A stretch of DNA of 64,000 bases from Camelus dromedarius (Eukaryota), in the NCBI RefSeq assembly GCF_036321535.1, contig NC_087437.1, positions 117,492,001 to 117,556,000 of the forward strand, given 5' to 3'. The notes under the pieces are model-generated. The model was not told where the DNA came from, ran no database searches, and saw only the letters and a list, made by a program, of their open reading frames with translations. The translations under genes and the position numbers were made by a program. Within the stretch, counting starts at the first letter, position 1. The number at the start of each line of letters is the position of its first letter. This document shows, piece by piece, positions 50,754-62,953 of the stretch.

Positions 50754-53700
50754 CTGCAGACGTGGTGGTGTCTTCCACCCCACTTCAAGGGCCACTTAGA
50801 ACCTTCCACGCCATTCCTTCTCAAAGGTAAGTGACAGCCACATAGATGTCATTGCGACTCTTTGTTGAGCTATGCTGAATAAACAAAGCGAAGTGATTTT
50901 ATTGGCATGTTTGAGATACATGGATTTGAAACGTAGAGGTGTTTACTGGAAATGACCTTCATAGGACATGCACTCATCCCATGATGAAGTCATAGGACAC
51001 CATGTCATCATGTCGATACAATGGATAAAATGAAAGGATCCCACACAGAAGCCGTTAAACAGCAACTATTCTTTAAATGGCAACGTTCACTGGTTGTGAA
51101 ACTGTATAGGTGTCATCCACCATTTTTATAAAACAGAAGCTGTATCTACCTGTGTCCATGTTGAAAAAAATGGGAAGCAAATACTCCAGAATATTTCACA
51201 GAATATTAACATGGATGGACTCTGAATTTCTGAATTATAAGTAGTTTTTAAATTCCTCTTTGTTCATTTATTTTCCAAAATTTTCATAGTGACCATATCT
51301 CACTTTTATAAATAGAAAACAGTGTATTCAGAAAGAAAATTGACACAGAGATTTTTAAGGGTAGAAAACACAAATTTAAAAATAAATGGCTATGGGATAA
51401 AGTATCAAGCAAACTGCAGCAAGACAAGCCACACATCCCTAAAAATGAAGGCTCTCTCATAAAAGGCCTGCCTACCGACAGCAAGGCTAATTACTTCTAT
51501 TACCATAAAGGTCAGGATAAAAATGCTCGGAGCTGAATATAGCATTTGAGGCAGAATTATTTGGGTCTTTCAGAGGTGAGGGCGAGAGGAGGAAGAATTA
51601 GGAAGAATTATAAAGGCTAATGCACTTGCCACTGAAAGCCCATCATTTTGTTTTTAATCAACTTTTTTTTCTTTCTTTTGAACCCTTCCAGCTGAAATTC
51701 TCATCTGACATTGTTTTTCACACCGTTAGGGATTAAATTAGGGGATTTTTTTTAATGCTCCATATTCAAAATATTACTGGGAGAATTATAGATGATTTTA
51801 AAATATCAGTGACAAGAAATTAAATCTATTCTGTCTTGATCACAAAATGTTGGCATAAAAGCCTCTTCCGCTCTTCAGACAAATTCGGGGCCTTTGATTT
51901 GCAAAAGGCCTTTAATGGTGTGCCTTTGATGTCTCTGAGAAGCCACTCCTTTCATGACTGTGGTGGCCCCAAGCAGTCACAGCCGCCTGGTGGCCGCCTG
52001 GGCTGTTTTTCCTATTTCCCTGTGTGATCGCCCTGGTCTCCCTCCTCTGTTCATTGAAAGCCTGATATTTCATCTGAGAGACTCACGATCTTTTGTCAAT
52101 AAAACATTAAATATAATACCCTAGAAACAAGCTTTTTTGTTTTTTTATAAACACGGTGATCAAAAGAAAGCACAGAAAAAGATGCTCAGAATGGTGGACT
52201 GAGATCTTTGGGGCTGGTTCCCGTCTTGGTGTCTCTCCTGGGCAGGGTATTGATTCTGCAAAGAATATGAAACTTCCCGGTCCCTGAGTGCAGTCTATGA
52301 AAAAGACATGTGGATTGGTGTTTTCCCCCTTATTTATGACCCACCTGAGGAACTGCTTGTCACGATGCTATCATTTCAGGGGCGCCAGAGTCCCTGAACC
52401 CATTTGCAATCTGAATTTCAGGATGCGACAGCATGAAAGGAAGACAGTGCCCCAGAGAAAAATGACTTAGGAGCAAATGCATCCAGCGGGGGAGCCGGGG
52501 CTCAGCAGCACTTGCTAACAAGCGCCTCCAAGCCGCCGTGGGAACAGGGTGGCGCTTTCTTTCTTTTGTTGGCCAAATCTCTGCAGCTAAGTGGTAGATA
52601 GAGTCCAGGGGAGGCCAGATATTGGGAACAGGGGGAAAATGCTAAAAAAAAAAAGAAAAATGCCTGGAAACAAGGACTGACTTTTTCTCTTGACACAGGG
52701 ATGCTATCCACTTGATGTCACCAAATAATGCCTCTTCTGGAAAGCACTGTCACTGATGGGTGAGCCGGGAGGGCATGCCTACTGCATGTCAGGTGCCTAC
52801 ATGTGACAAGTAGGAGCCTGAGGTTATGATCTGTCCTTCTCAGACGGAGGGGACGCAGACTCTGATAAGGGTTTCCCCAGCCTCGCACAGCTGGTGGTGA
52901 CTCATACTCCTCCCTCAAGATGGGGAACCCCCCTTTCCCCCATCCACTCCAATGTGAGTTGGGGGACCCTTGCCCATGCCCCTGACCCTGACCTTGGTCA
53001 TCCTGGGTTAAGTCTCATCCACCATTTGAAATAGCTGGTTTAGTCTCTGTCAGTCCCTCCAGGCTATGAGCCAACTGATGTCAGAGAATGTGCCCTTCTC
53101 CCGGGGACCCTCAGGGACCGGCCCAGTGCCTGATTATCGAAGGATAAGTAAACCATTAGTCCAGGAGTGAGTCACCCCATGGGTTGAGTCTGGGTCTCTG
53201 TCTGACACTGAATCCATGACTTTCACTGCCAGTGATCTTGCACGTTGGTGAAGGTACATAATTTTGATTATCTGCTTTTGAAAACAACCTTTTATTTCTT
53301 AGCCTGGGAGAGACCGAAGTCCTCTTACTGGGGAATTTCCCGCACGTGGCAGCAGTGCCGGGCTGACCCAGGACGGTGAGGAGCCCCTTCACTTCCTCCC
53401 CTGCTGGTTCAGTCACGGGGCTGAAAAGAAATGTCTCCATGAGCCAAAGCCCTCTGAGGGCCCCTCTGTCCTTTGTCCCCTGTGGACCTGGCTCTGTGGC
53501 AGTTGCTGTATTTTCTCCAGTGTTGCCAAAGCAAATGCATGCTTGGAGCTCTTTCCAAAATTTTGTGACACAGTGGGCGAGTTGCTTGGGGAGATGGAGG
53601 AAGGAGGGGTGAAGAGTTGGGGGGAACTCTGGGGACTCTGGGGACCCTGGGGATAGCCTGGGACCCTTACTGCTTCAGGAGGCTCTTGGTTCCCCAACTT

Positions 53701-54424
53701 TAAGGGGCCTTTGGAAGTGGTGACCCTCCAGTCAAGTCAAATCTCACCAAATACCAAGCCAAGTTCTTGGAGTGAAGGCAGGCTTGTCTAATTAAATGGT
53801 ATAGGTGTCAATTCAGAAAATATTTTTGGACTGTCATTTGTGCCCCAAATTTTACCTACTGGAATTCGTTTCACATTTTATTCTCTTCAACTTTCTGCAA
53901 TGAAAAATAAATGTCTTTTAATGGGAACTTGTGTTTTATCCTAAAGATGAAACAGCGTGTCCTGGCTGAATGCTTTTCCAAGCAGACATAATCTGTCTGG
54001 GGTTCTGAGTCCGCATTAACGAGGAAGCAGGTGTTTGTGATTCCGTTTCCCACATGACGTGTGGTTGGCGTACTCGGTTTTATGGGTATCATCGGCAAAG
54101 CATGAAAGATGGGACTCTCCACCGAAGTATTCTAGAAATCATATAATAAAAACTGGCAGAATGACAGCACAGTGTCGTAACCTACAGCCATGGCCCTTGA
54201 GACAGCTGTAAATGGGGGATTTCAAAGACCGTATTAAAATAATTTTCTAAATCCTTGAAATCACTTGACTTCTTGAATCTTTTACTTGCTTTAGGGAAAC
54301 ATGTGACCAGTGCCTGGTGGAGCCGTGCAGGAACCTCAGGCAAAAGAAGTATTAGTAATAGGATCGATCCTGTCTTTATGTAAATTTTGGTATTTCCTTT
54401 ATCATGACTTTCTGCAGTACTTTT

Positions 54425-54581
54425 ATTTTTATTTAAATTTAAAAATTTTTATTTTTATTTTTTTGATGGGGAGGTAATTAGGTTTATTTGTTTATTTATT
54501 TCTTAATGGAGGTACCAGGGGTTGAACCCAGGACCTCATGCATGTTAAACAGGCACTCAACCACTGAGGTCTACCCTCCCC
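54425..54581 (-). mobile_element. Camelid tRNA-derived SINE (Vic-1-like)
   Basis: Antisense 'ggggaggtaattaggttt...gaacccaggacctc...ccactgag.tctaccctcccc'; TSD ctgcagtactttt / ctgcagcactttt. Confidence 0.92.
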
Positions 54582-54629
54582 CTGCAGCACTTTTGATTTT
54601 CTAGAATATTGCATTAAAATAGTATTTAT

Positions 54630-54978
54630 TTATTTTTTGCAGCTTTCATTGAAAAATAAAACATACTTGAAGCACACCACCAGATGAGTTGATACACGTG
54701 CACATTGTGGAAGGATTCCTACCATCGGGTTAATTACTGCATCCATTTACCTTCCTTTTGGCGAGAACCCTTAAGTTTCACTCTCTGGCAAATTTCAGTT
54801 ACACAACTGAGTGGCCCCAACTACCATCCCCGTGTTACACACGAGATCCTCAGACTTAACTCACAACTGTGTGTTCGTACCCTTTTACCAGCTTCCTTTC
54901 CCCTACTCCAGCCCCTGGCAGCCACCGTCCTGCTCTGCTCCTATGAGTCTGACTGTTTTTGTTTTCCAGGTTCCACAT
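54630..54978 (-). mobile_element. L1MA-like 3' fragment
   Basis: 'ttaattactgcatccatttacc...ctactccagcccctggcagccacc.tcctgctct...ggttccacata'. Confidence 0.7.
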
Positions 54979-57900
54979 AGAGGTGACTCCCCTGCAGCAG
55001 CTGTCTTGATTAACGAGTTTCTTGGTTCCCTCTTAACTTCCGTGCCTGAGGCGAATGCTCCACCCACCTTAGCCGACGGTGACCACTCCAAGAACACTAA
55101 GACTCTGTAGCAGATTTCACAAGGAGGAAGGGGGGGGAGTAACAGAGCCACTCATTTTCACAGGCGCATGGGCTTTGTGATGAGCACGCAGTGAGATTAT
55201 TTTTGAGTCTGTCTGTGATGGTCCGGCTGCCAGCACACTTGCTATTCGAGCTGACACCGCTAAGACGGGTGTTAACTGCCGTGCGTACAGCTCCTCGGCG
55301 TAGCCTAGAAGGGGTGGGGTGATGCCCTCTCTAAGCTCAAAGTCCGGGAAGAAACGGCTCCAAAGCCAGTTAGGAACCGGGATGCTGGTGCGGCCTGTTC
55401 CACTGTGGCGTGTCTAGCGTGGAAGGGCTGTCTGTAACTTTGCAACTTGGTTGAAAAGAGCCCCGCAGCCAAGTTGATGTGCTGAGTCAGACACCTCTCC
55501 TGAGTCACTCCAGACCCTACCAGGGAGGCCCCTGCGGGTGGCCAGCTGGCATGGCTTCCGCGGGCTTCGGGCAGGTCTGACGTGACAGCACGTCACCGCC
55601 TGTCCACGCCGCGTGTCACTGCCTCTCCACCTCCTGCTGTGGGGCTTCCTCCTTGTCCCGGCCAGATGCCCAGTTGGAGACGTGGCCCAGTCTGAAAGCA
55701 TCAGGTCCTGAGCTCCGTGGTGCTCATCTTGAACCAGTGAGAGACAGGAGCTGGGGGATACTCTCCCCCCTCACCAGAGGGCTGTCCCCAGACACGTTTG
55801 TCACCGCGTGCAGTGCAGGGTGGTGCAGGGTCAGGGGTCTGGGTGTGCCTGGCCGTGCCCGTGGATGACGAGTCCTCACGTGGGCTCTCCTGGCCCCACT
55901 TCCCATCCTGACCCCCTCATTTCTGGCATCTCCCTCTCCAACAAAGTTGTAGCCCAAACGGCATAGCCTCAGGCTCCGCTTCCCGGGAACCCGAGCTGTG
56001 ATGTATTCCTTGTTCTTTTCCTGAAGCCCTCAGTGCAAGGGGGCTGTCAGGAAAAACCACTTCAAAAATCACCCCTTTCAATACCAGTCCTGCCTTTTTA
56101 TGAACACTTGGCACCTGCTGGATTATCAGAAGGAACGATACATACTCACTCTTCATTTAGATGAAGCCCGTATTCACTGGGGTTTATGAAATTCTGGAAC
56201 GCTGTCCTCTTATTTGTTGAGGTCATTGAAGAAGGGAACCTCCCTTCTGAGCCCGTGTGAGCTGCCCGGCCAGGGTTAAGGGCTGAGGACCCAGAGAAGA
56301 CCTCTTCTGGCCGTGGTGCTGCCTCGTTCCCTGAGACCTCCCAGCCTGCGTGCCAGTCACCAGCGTGTGCTCACGAAGGCGACTTCTGCGTTGTGCTTTA
56401 AACTTGTGTCGTATCCTTAGATGGGGACCCAGCACGTCCTAATTGTGAAACAAGGGCAACAGAGAAGGAGAGGGGATTTTGAGGAAAATGCGTCTGTGTT
56501 CTAACGAGACCAGTGGTTTTCTTACTGGTCTAGGATTAGTGATCGTACAGACAAGCTGTGTGAAATACCCTCCCCCCCAAGACCCTCTGTACTTTAAAGA
56601 GGCCTTGGGGACGGTGACAGGGACGTGGTGTTGATGTGTGTGGAGTGGGAACGCCAGCGTCCCGAGGAGGTGGGCGCGGAGCTGGCTTGAGCAGCAGAGA
56701 GAGTTCTTCCAGACACGTAGGCAGCAGAGAAGGAAGGGGCGGTTCTAGACGCTTAGGAGAGGATGCAGGAAGGTCCCAGGTCTGTGGTGGGACACGATGC
56801 TGGGGAGGGTCCCACACAGGACTGTTTTATGAACCTGAGGTTGTTAGGGCAAAAGTGGGGCTGGAGTTGACCAGGGAAGTACCTGAAGGAGGACATCTGT
56901 GCCAAGCACCACGACCAGGGGCAAGAACCAGGGCCAGGCTCCTGGGAACTGAATTGGGAGGAGACCTGGCTCTGGTTTTGCTGTTGTTAAAACTGATGCT
57001 GATTTTTTTTGCCTGCACTTGCTCCCCCACCAAGGAAAAAAAATAAAAAGCCCATAGATTTCCACCACTGCTGATCTGGGCAGCCATCACGATTGACTCC
57101 CTAGATCAGTTTGAAAACATGGAAGCAAATTTCTGCTGATAAGAAGGCATGGGGTGGCACAGGCGGGAGGCTGTTCAGAGACACTGGTGCTTGGTTTTCT
57201 AGACCATTTCGACAGTGCAGCTGACACATCTGCTTTGACCTGGTCCTCGTGGCTGTGTACATTTCACTGATCAGAGAGGAGTTTTTTGCCCTCTGCGCAT
57301 GCTAGCGCATGAGGCCGTGTTGATGTGCAAACTAAACGACGCAGTGGTGGTTCTCATGATAACACTGACTTCTTTCTGAAATTGCTGGAGAAGCCCTCAG
57401 AATCCCAGAATCTCACATCAGGGTTTGCTCTGAAGACAGTTCATAGTGTTCTTTCCCTTTAGCCTTTGATCTTGTTGTCAGTTTAGTTAGAACAGATGAT
57501 GGTCTTGAGGTGTGGCTGCGTCCCTTCCTCAGGCAACACAGCTTCTCCGGGTGATGAACTCACGGTGGGGCCAAGGATGGAGGGTCTTCTCTCGCTTGGG
57601 GACAAGAGTAGGTGGGGAGTAAAGGCAGCTTCGTCCCCCCAGGGCGCTAACCTCTATCACTTTGTGAAAGAGAACCTTTTTCTTACTGGACTTTCGGAGA
57701 ACATCCATCCCTTCATTGATTTTTAGAGAATCTAGTTCTGAGTTCTTGTGTTATTTAAACTTTAAAAAAGATCTCACCACAACTCTGCAACTGAGCCCCT
57801 GACTGTTGGTTTGTCTCTGCTGCTTCTGGTTAAGTCAAGTGTCCTTAAAACTCTTGCCTGAGGGTGCTAATGAGGTCGCATTGACCTTCACGCAGGGATC

Positions 57901-57994
57901 TCCCCACCTGCCGAGGGGGAGGGTCTCAGGAGGTCACTGGGAGATGCGTAGGCTCAGTGGTTCAAGGGGAAACTCCGGTGCCAGTGTCTCTGGG

Positions 57995-58165
57995 TTGGGG
58001 TTCTGTCTCTGCCACCTCCCAGCTGTGTGACCTTGAGCAAGTCCTCTCTTTGCCTTAGTGTACAATATGCAGAGCGAGGCCGATGCGGGCAGTGACAGTA
58101 TCTACCTGGTTAGGGCTGTTATCAGAGTCCAGTGAGCCTGTGGTGCCCAGGGGCACTTGGAGGAT
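57995..58165 (+). mobile_element. MIR
   Basis: 'ctctgccac..cagctgtgtgaccttgagcaagtc...tatctacct..tagggctgtt'. Confidence 0.7.
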
Positions 58166-58983
58166 GTCCGGCCTCGGGACCCAGCACCCAGCCTGACTCA
58201 GGTCCTCTCCAGAATGGGTCAGAGGAACTTCAGCCACCTCACCTGGTGATAAAACAATCATGTGTGGTGACCAGCACAGCCCGCAGGAGTAGGAAAGCTC
58301 TTGGATAGTTCCCCTACTGCTCTCAGCATTGCCTTAAAAATGTCTCGAGGTCTCGACGAAGTCTGGAACGAGATGCTTTCAACGACGAGTTCTCTTTTGT
58401 CCGAATCATCTTCTGATCCAAGACAGCATCTCCTTATGACATCGATCGGCTTCATTTTGCCTCCAACAAATAAGACCTCACACAAAAGCTCGTCTTAGAA
58501 ATCCTAAAAAAGGGAGTCCTTTTCTCCCCTGAGCACATTTCATTTTGCTTTTCTTCAGATTTCTAAAAGGTGATCTTTTATGGAATGAAGTATTCATGAC
58601 ATTTGAAAGCTGTCGATGGCTAAGGTCTTTGAAGAGAGTGGGGTTGAGTGGGCACCTAATTTGCACTTGTATAACATTTAATTTGACTTTATTCATCTCT
58701 AAAACCCTGTCCTTTTATTCTGCGGAATTTGCTTTGTTTTCCAAGTCATCTATGAATTCTGTGGGGAAGGATGGAGGGTTTAAACCCTGGACTAGTTCAG
58801 CCCCCAGTGATTTGACCCTTCACAATGGCGATCAGATTTCCATCGCAGGCAGCAAACTTACCAACTTTGTGTTTGAAAAGAGGAGACGAAATCTGCACAG
58901 GCAAGAAGAAAGTGGCAATTTACCTGCCAATCTGCTCTATTTAAGAAATGTGTGATTTGGTTTAAATCAAGAGGATGTGTTGT

Positions 58984-59091
58984 GGGGGATGGTATAGCCC
59001 AGTGGTAAAGCGCATGCTTAGCTTGCACAAGGTCCTGGGTTCAATCCCCAGGACCTCCATTAAAAATAAAAAATCAATAAAAATCAAAAAA
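58984..59091 (+). mobile_element. Camelid tRNA-derived SINE, short form
   Basis: 'gggggatggtatagcccagtggtaaag...ggtcctgggttcaatcccca'; perfect 15-bp TSD aaatcaagaggatgt at 58964-58978 and 59092-59106. Confidence 0.92.
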
Positions 59092-59423
59092 AAATCAAGA
59101 GGATGTATATTACAGATTGAGTGCTTTAGATAATAATGCCATGAGCTGGGAAACTAAAAGGAGTTTATTGAAAAACAATTAATATTTGGCTAACAATTGC
59201 AACCTTCTTTTTATACGGGAGCGTGGGCAGGTCTGGATTCTGAAAACTCAAGATGTTTCAAATTAAATGTGAAGAAGGAACCCTCAAAAGCTAACCTTTC
59301 CAGCTTGTTGCCTTCCCTTCCCTTCCTGCCGGAGACAAGTGGTTTTTCTTCTCCTTACGAGGCACAGCATCACCCCCCCCAACCCGACCTGGGTGGGCGT
59401 TTGCATACGCATGGACTGGGATG

Positions 59424-59424
<1 letters not shown>

Positions 59425-59455
<31 letters not shown>
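59425..59455. repeat. (GT)n microsatellite
   Basis: About 15 GT units. Confidence 0.95.
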
Positions 59456-59456
<1 letters not shown>

Positions 59457-59904
59457 TGTTTGTGGTGGGGCTGATGATAAACGGGAGACTTGACTTTGCC
59501 TCTCTCTCGAGATATCATCTGCACAAGGTGATGAGTGTACACAGGGTGGTTGACTTTGTTAACCTAAGTCTACGTCATTCACCCTAGTTATTTACACTAA
59601 TCAGAACTTGAAAGCAAGATCCTCCCAGATGATTCAGCCACCATTAATCAAGGGTTGGCTAAGGACCTGAGAATTTCTCATGACAACATTGAACAATAAT
59701 GGAAAGTGATTATTATTTTTTGCTATTGTTTTTAGGCTGAAGTCTTAGACCCAAATATAAAGTGTGAGGGCATGCTTGCTTACCGCCGGTGGGAGCCACC
59801 TGTGTTGCTTTTCTCCCTGTGCGGTGCCCTGCCTCTCCTTCCAGGATCCTGCTCAGACAGTTACATAACAATGACGATTCCTGCAAGACGCTAACCTTGG
59901 CAGG

Positions 59905-60005
59905 GAAGTCCAGTCTCCAGTCTTGACTGTGCCACCAATTAGCTATGTGACCTTGGACAAATCAGGCTCTCTGCCTGGCCTCATTTCTTCTCCCTGAAAG
60001 TTAGA
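59905..60005 (+). mobile_element. MIR fragment
   Basis: 'tgccaccaattagctatgtgaccttggacaaatc...gcctcatttcttctccctgaaa'. Confidence 0.7.
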
Positions 60006-62290
60006 GACTTCACATTTGCTTCAGTTTTTTCAAACAGCATATTTTTTGATAATGACCAGGAAATTAGATTGACAAAATACTTCTCTCTCCACAGACTAGA
60101 ACAATTCTGAACGTGTTATTTAAAAACAGTAGCTGGATAAGCTTTACAAAACAAGCTTCTATGTCTGCATAGGTAATGCATTGCTCAAGGCTCCCCAGAC
60201 CACATAGCCAGAGACTCTTTCCTGAAGATTCAAGACTAACCTTAAAGTATTCATCCTTTGAGTCAACCTGGCAGAATGAGAATACACAGAATAGGCATAA
60301 ACACCGACAGAAAAATAACTCAACAATAGGAGAAACTCTGACTGTCGACATAAGATGTTTTTAGTTAATTAAAACTTATTTGAAGATAAGACATTGAACA
60401 CAGCGATGAGAATAAGAACATAGCAATGAAATCACCGTCAAAAGCGATAGTTCTGACCTTCTCACATTCGGCACAGACTCTTGGCTGGTTCCCTCATATT
60501 TTTCAGCAAGCTTGTGCTCCATCAGCAGCCCCCCAGCTGGCTTCCCTTGTGACCAGTGAACTGCATTCACAAAGCAGTGAACCTGGTCGAGGGAAGCAGC
60601 CTGCGGAATCTCAGCAGCTCCTTTCTTGGGTGAATTTTAGGTTCATGAGCATCACACTTTAACCACCTGAGCTGAGGTAACACAGAACTCGACACGATGC
60701 GAGAGGTATCTGAAACAGTAAGGGGGAGAAAAATAATTCTGAAACATGTCTGATAACAGTTTCTTTTCTCTCTTTTTCTTAACTGCCTTTAGCGACAAGG
60801 AGCTGGGGCAACCAATGGAAAAGACAAGACGCCTGGCGAAAATGGTAAGACCCCGTGAATTGTGGAGCTACTTACATTTTTTTCCCATCGGCAGCCTTGG
60901 GCACGTGGCAGGTGTGGATCGTGACTTCCTTGTAAATCAGCTGCTATATATTCTGCACATTGGTATAGAGTGGATTTTAGCAATTTAAAGTGAGCACTGT
61001 GGTCTGGTTTTACAAAAACAACAACAAAACACAACAAAACTGAGCTAAATGTAGTGATAAGAATGTAGTCCAAAAGGAGGACTCCCATTTGGGGCGACAT
61101 GATAATTGCAGTGCAAATATAGTTCTCTGCTTTCTTCATTAGGGTTGGTGAGAATCACCAGCGTTGTTGTGAGGATAAAATGAGACCAAATGAGATAAGT
61201 GCTTTGAAAACTGTGAAGCGCTCAGCTCGGGAAGGAGGTTTCCAAACTGGCTTCGGCGCCCCGCGGTGTACAGAGTGCAGCGCTGGTCCCGGGGGTGGTC
61301 CTGGGTCAGCGAGTGTTGCTGCGGGATTCACCAGCAGATAAAAATAATAGCAGACAGAGCATTTGCATCCTTGAGTCCAGTCTCCACCTTGGCCTTAAAT
61401 TGTAGGAATGATCGTCAGATTTTATGCATGGGGAAACAGGCTGCGAGTTAGGGAGCTGGGGTGTGGCTGGGAGTGGGAGGAGCACAGACTTTGAAGGAGC
61501 CGGAGCCGGGAGGAAGTGCAGCTCCCCAGTTTTAGCGGTTGTGATGGAGGATGACTGGTGATAGTGAAGAATCCCCAGTATGTGTCAAGGGTTCCGGTTC
61601 CGGTTTCGGTGAGGATAGATTCTGGGTGTTCTTACTTTTTGATAATTACAAAGTGAACTCACGCTCTGTGGAAGACTATTCATGCTTCCTGCCGGATAGA
61701 ATTTGTGCTGGTGCTCACTTGTCCAACTGTGGACAATGCCAATCTCCAGCTGTAAGCATTCCTTAGGGGCCCCAGAACCACACTCTTGAGTTTGAGTAAG
61801 GCCTGAGCAAGACAAAGTTCTAGAATGTTCCTTCATGGTGCACTCGTCTGGGGTCTGCTGGCTCACCCACCTACTTTGGCCATCCTACTGGGCGGGATCA
61901 GTGTGGTGACCCCTGGGGTGGAAAGGTCCTTGTAACAATAAGTAGAGGGGCTGGTGCTCAGGAATGTGCTGATCACAGTCCGGGGGTTGGGGCCGGGGGA
62001 GAAGGTAAGTTCTTTCACAAGCCTTTCACAACACCCACGGCTTTTCCCCTCTTCTCTGTATGGGCTGGCGTGGGTGTGGGCTATTGGCAAGGAGGTTGGA
62101 CAGCAGAGGAGGAACAAATGACAGCTGCCCAAATGGAGAAGGATGGACTGCCAAACAGGACTGTCCCGATTTTCTGTGTTCATAGATTCACCTCCATCTT
62201 GTCATTGGAATTCCTGTCCATGGACCCTCCCAATCTCAGAATCATGGGGTTTTATAGTTGAAGGACTCCTGAGAGGTTCCCCTACTCCTG

Positions 62291-62953
62291 CGGCTGTTCT
62301 CAAACTTTTTGCTCTTATGACTTCTTTCCATTCTTAAAAATTCTCAAAGGCCCCAAAGAACTTTTGTTTCTGTTAGCTGTATTTACTGATGGTTTCCATA
62401 TTAGAAATTAAACTGGAGAAATTTTTTAAAGGTCTACTTATTAATTCATTAAAAATAGGAACTATCTTCAATATCTTGTAATGCCTTATAACAAAAAAGA
62501 ATCTGAAAAAGAATACATATATGTACATAAATGTATGATCAAATTACTATGCTGTACACCAGAAACTAACACCACATTGTAAGTCAACTATATGTCAATA
62601 AAAATAAATAAATAAATGACGGGTAACATAAACAACATTTAAAAAATAAAAAGTAATGATATTTTCCAAGACAGAAAAAAATACTTAGCGAAAGAGTTTT
62701 ATATCTTTGCGAATCTCTTTAATGTCTGGCTTCATACATTCAATCTGTTATAACCGCAGGTTCTACATTCAGTGTGTTATAACATCCTGTGCTGTGTAGC
62801 TTCTAGAAAAGTCCACTGTGTACCTGTGAGAGGATGAAATTAAAAAAAAGCAGAATACCTTAATACTATAAAAAAAATAATTTTGATCCGGTGGGATCCC
62901 TCAAAGGAAGGAAGCGCCCCCAGGGTGCCCGGTCCACACTGTGGGAACCGCTG
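62291..62953. mobile_element. Charlie1-type hAT DNA transposon (internally deleted)
   Basis: TIR-like ends 'cggctgttctcaaac' and 'gtgggaaccgctg'; internal 'ccccaaagaacttttgttt...attagaaattaaactg' and 'ttttatatctttgcgaatctctttaatgtctggct'. Confidence 0.8.
62460..62617 (+). mobile_element. Young L1 3' end nested inside Charlie1
   Basis: 'caatatcttgtaat..cctataa..aaaagaatctgaaaaagaata...tgctgtacaccagaaactaac..cattgtaagtcaactata..caataaaa'. Confidence 0.85.
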
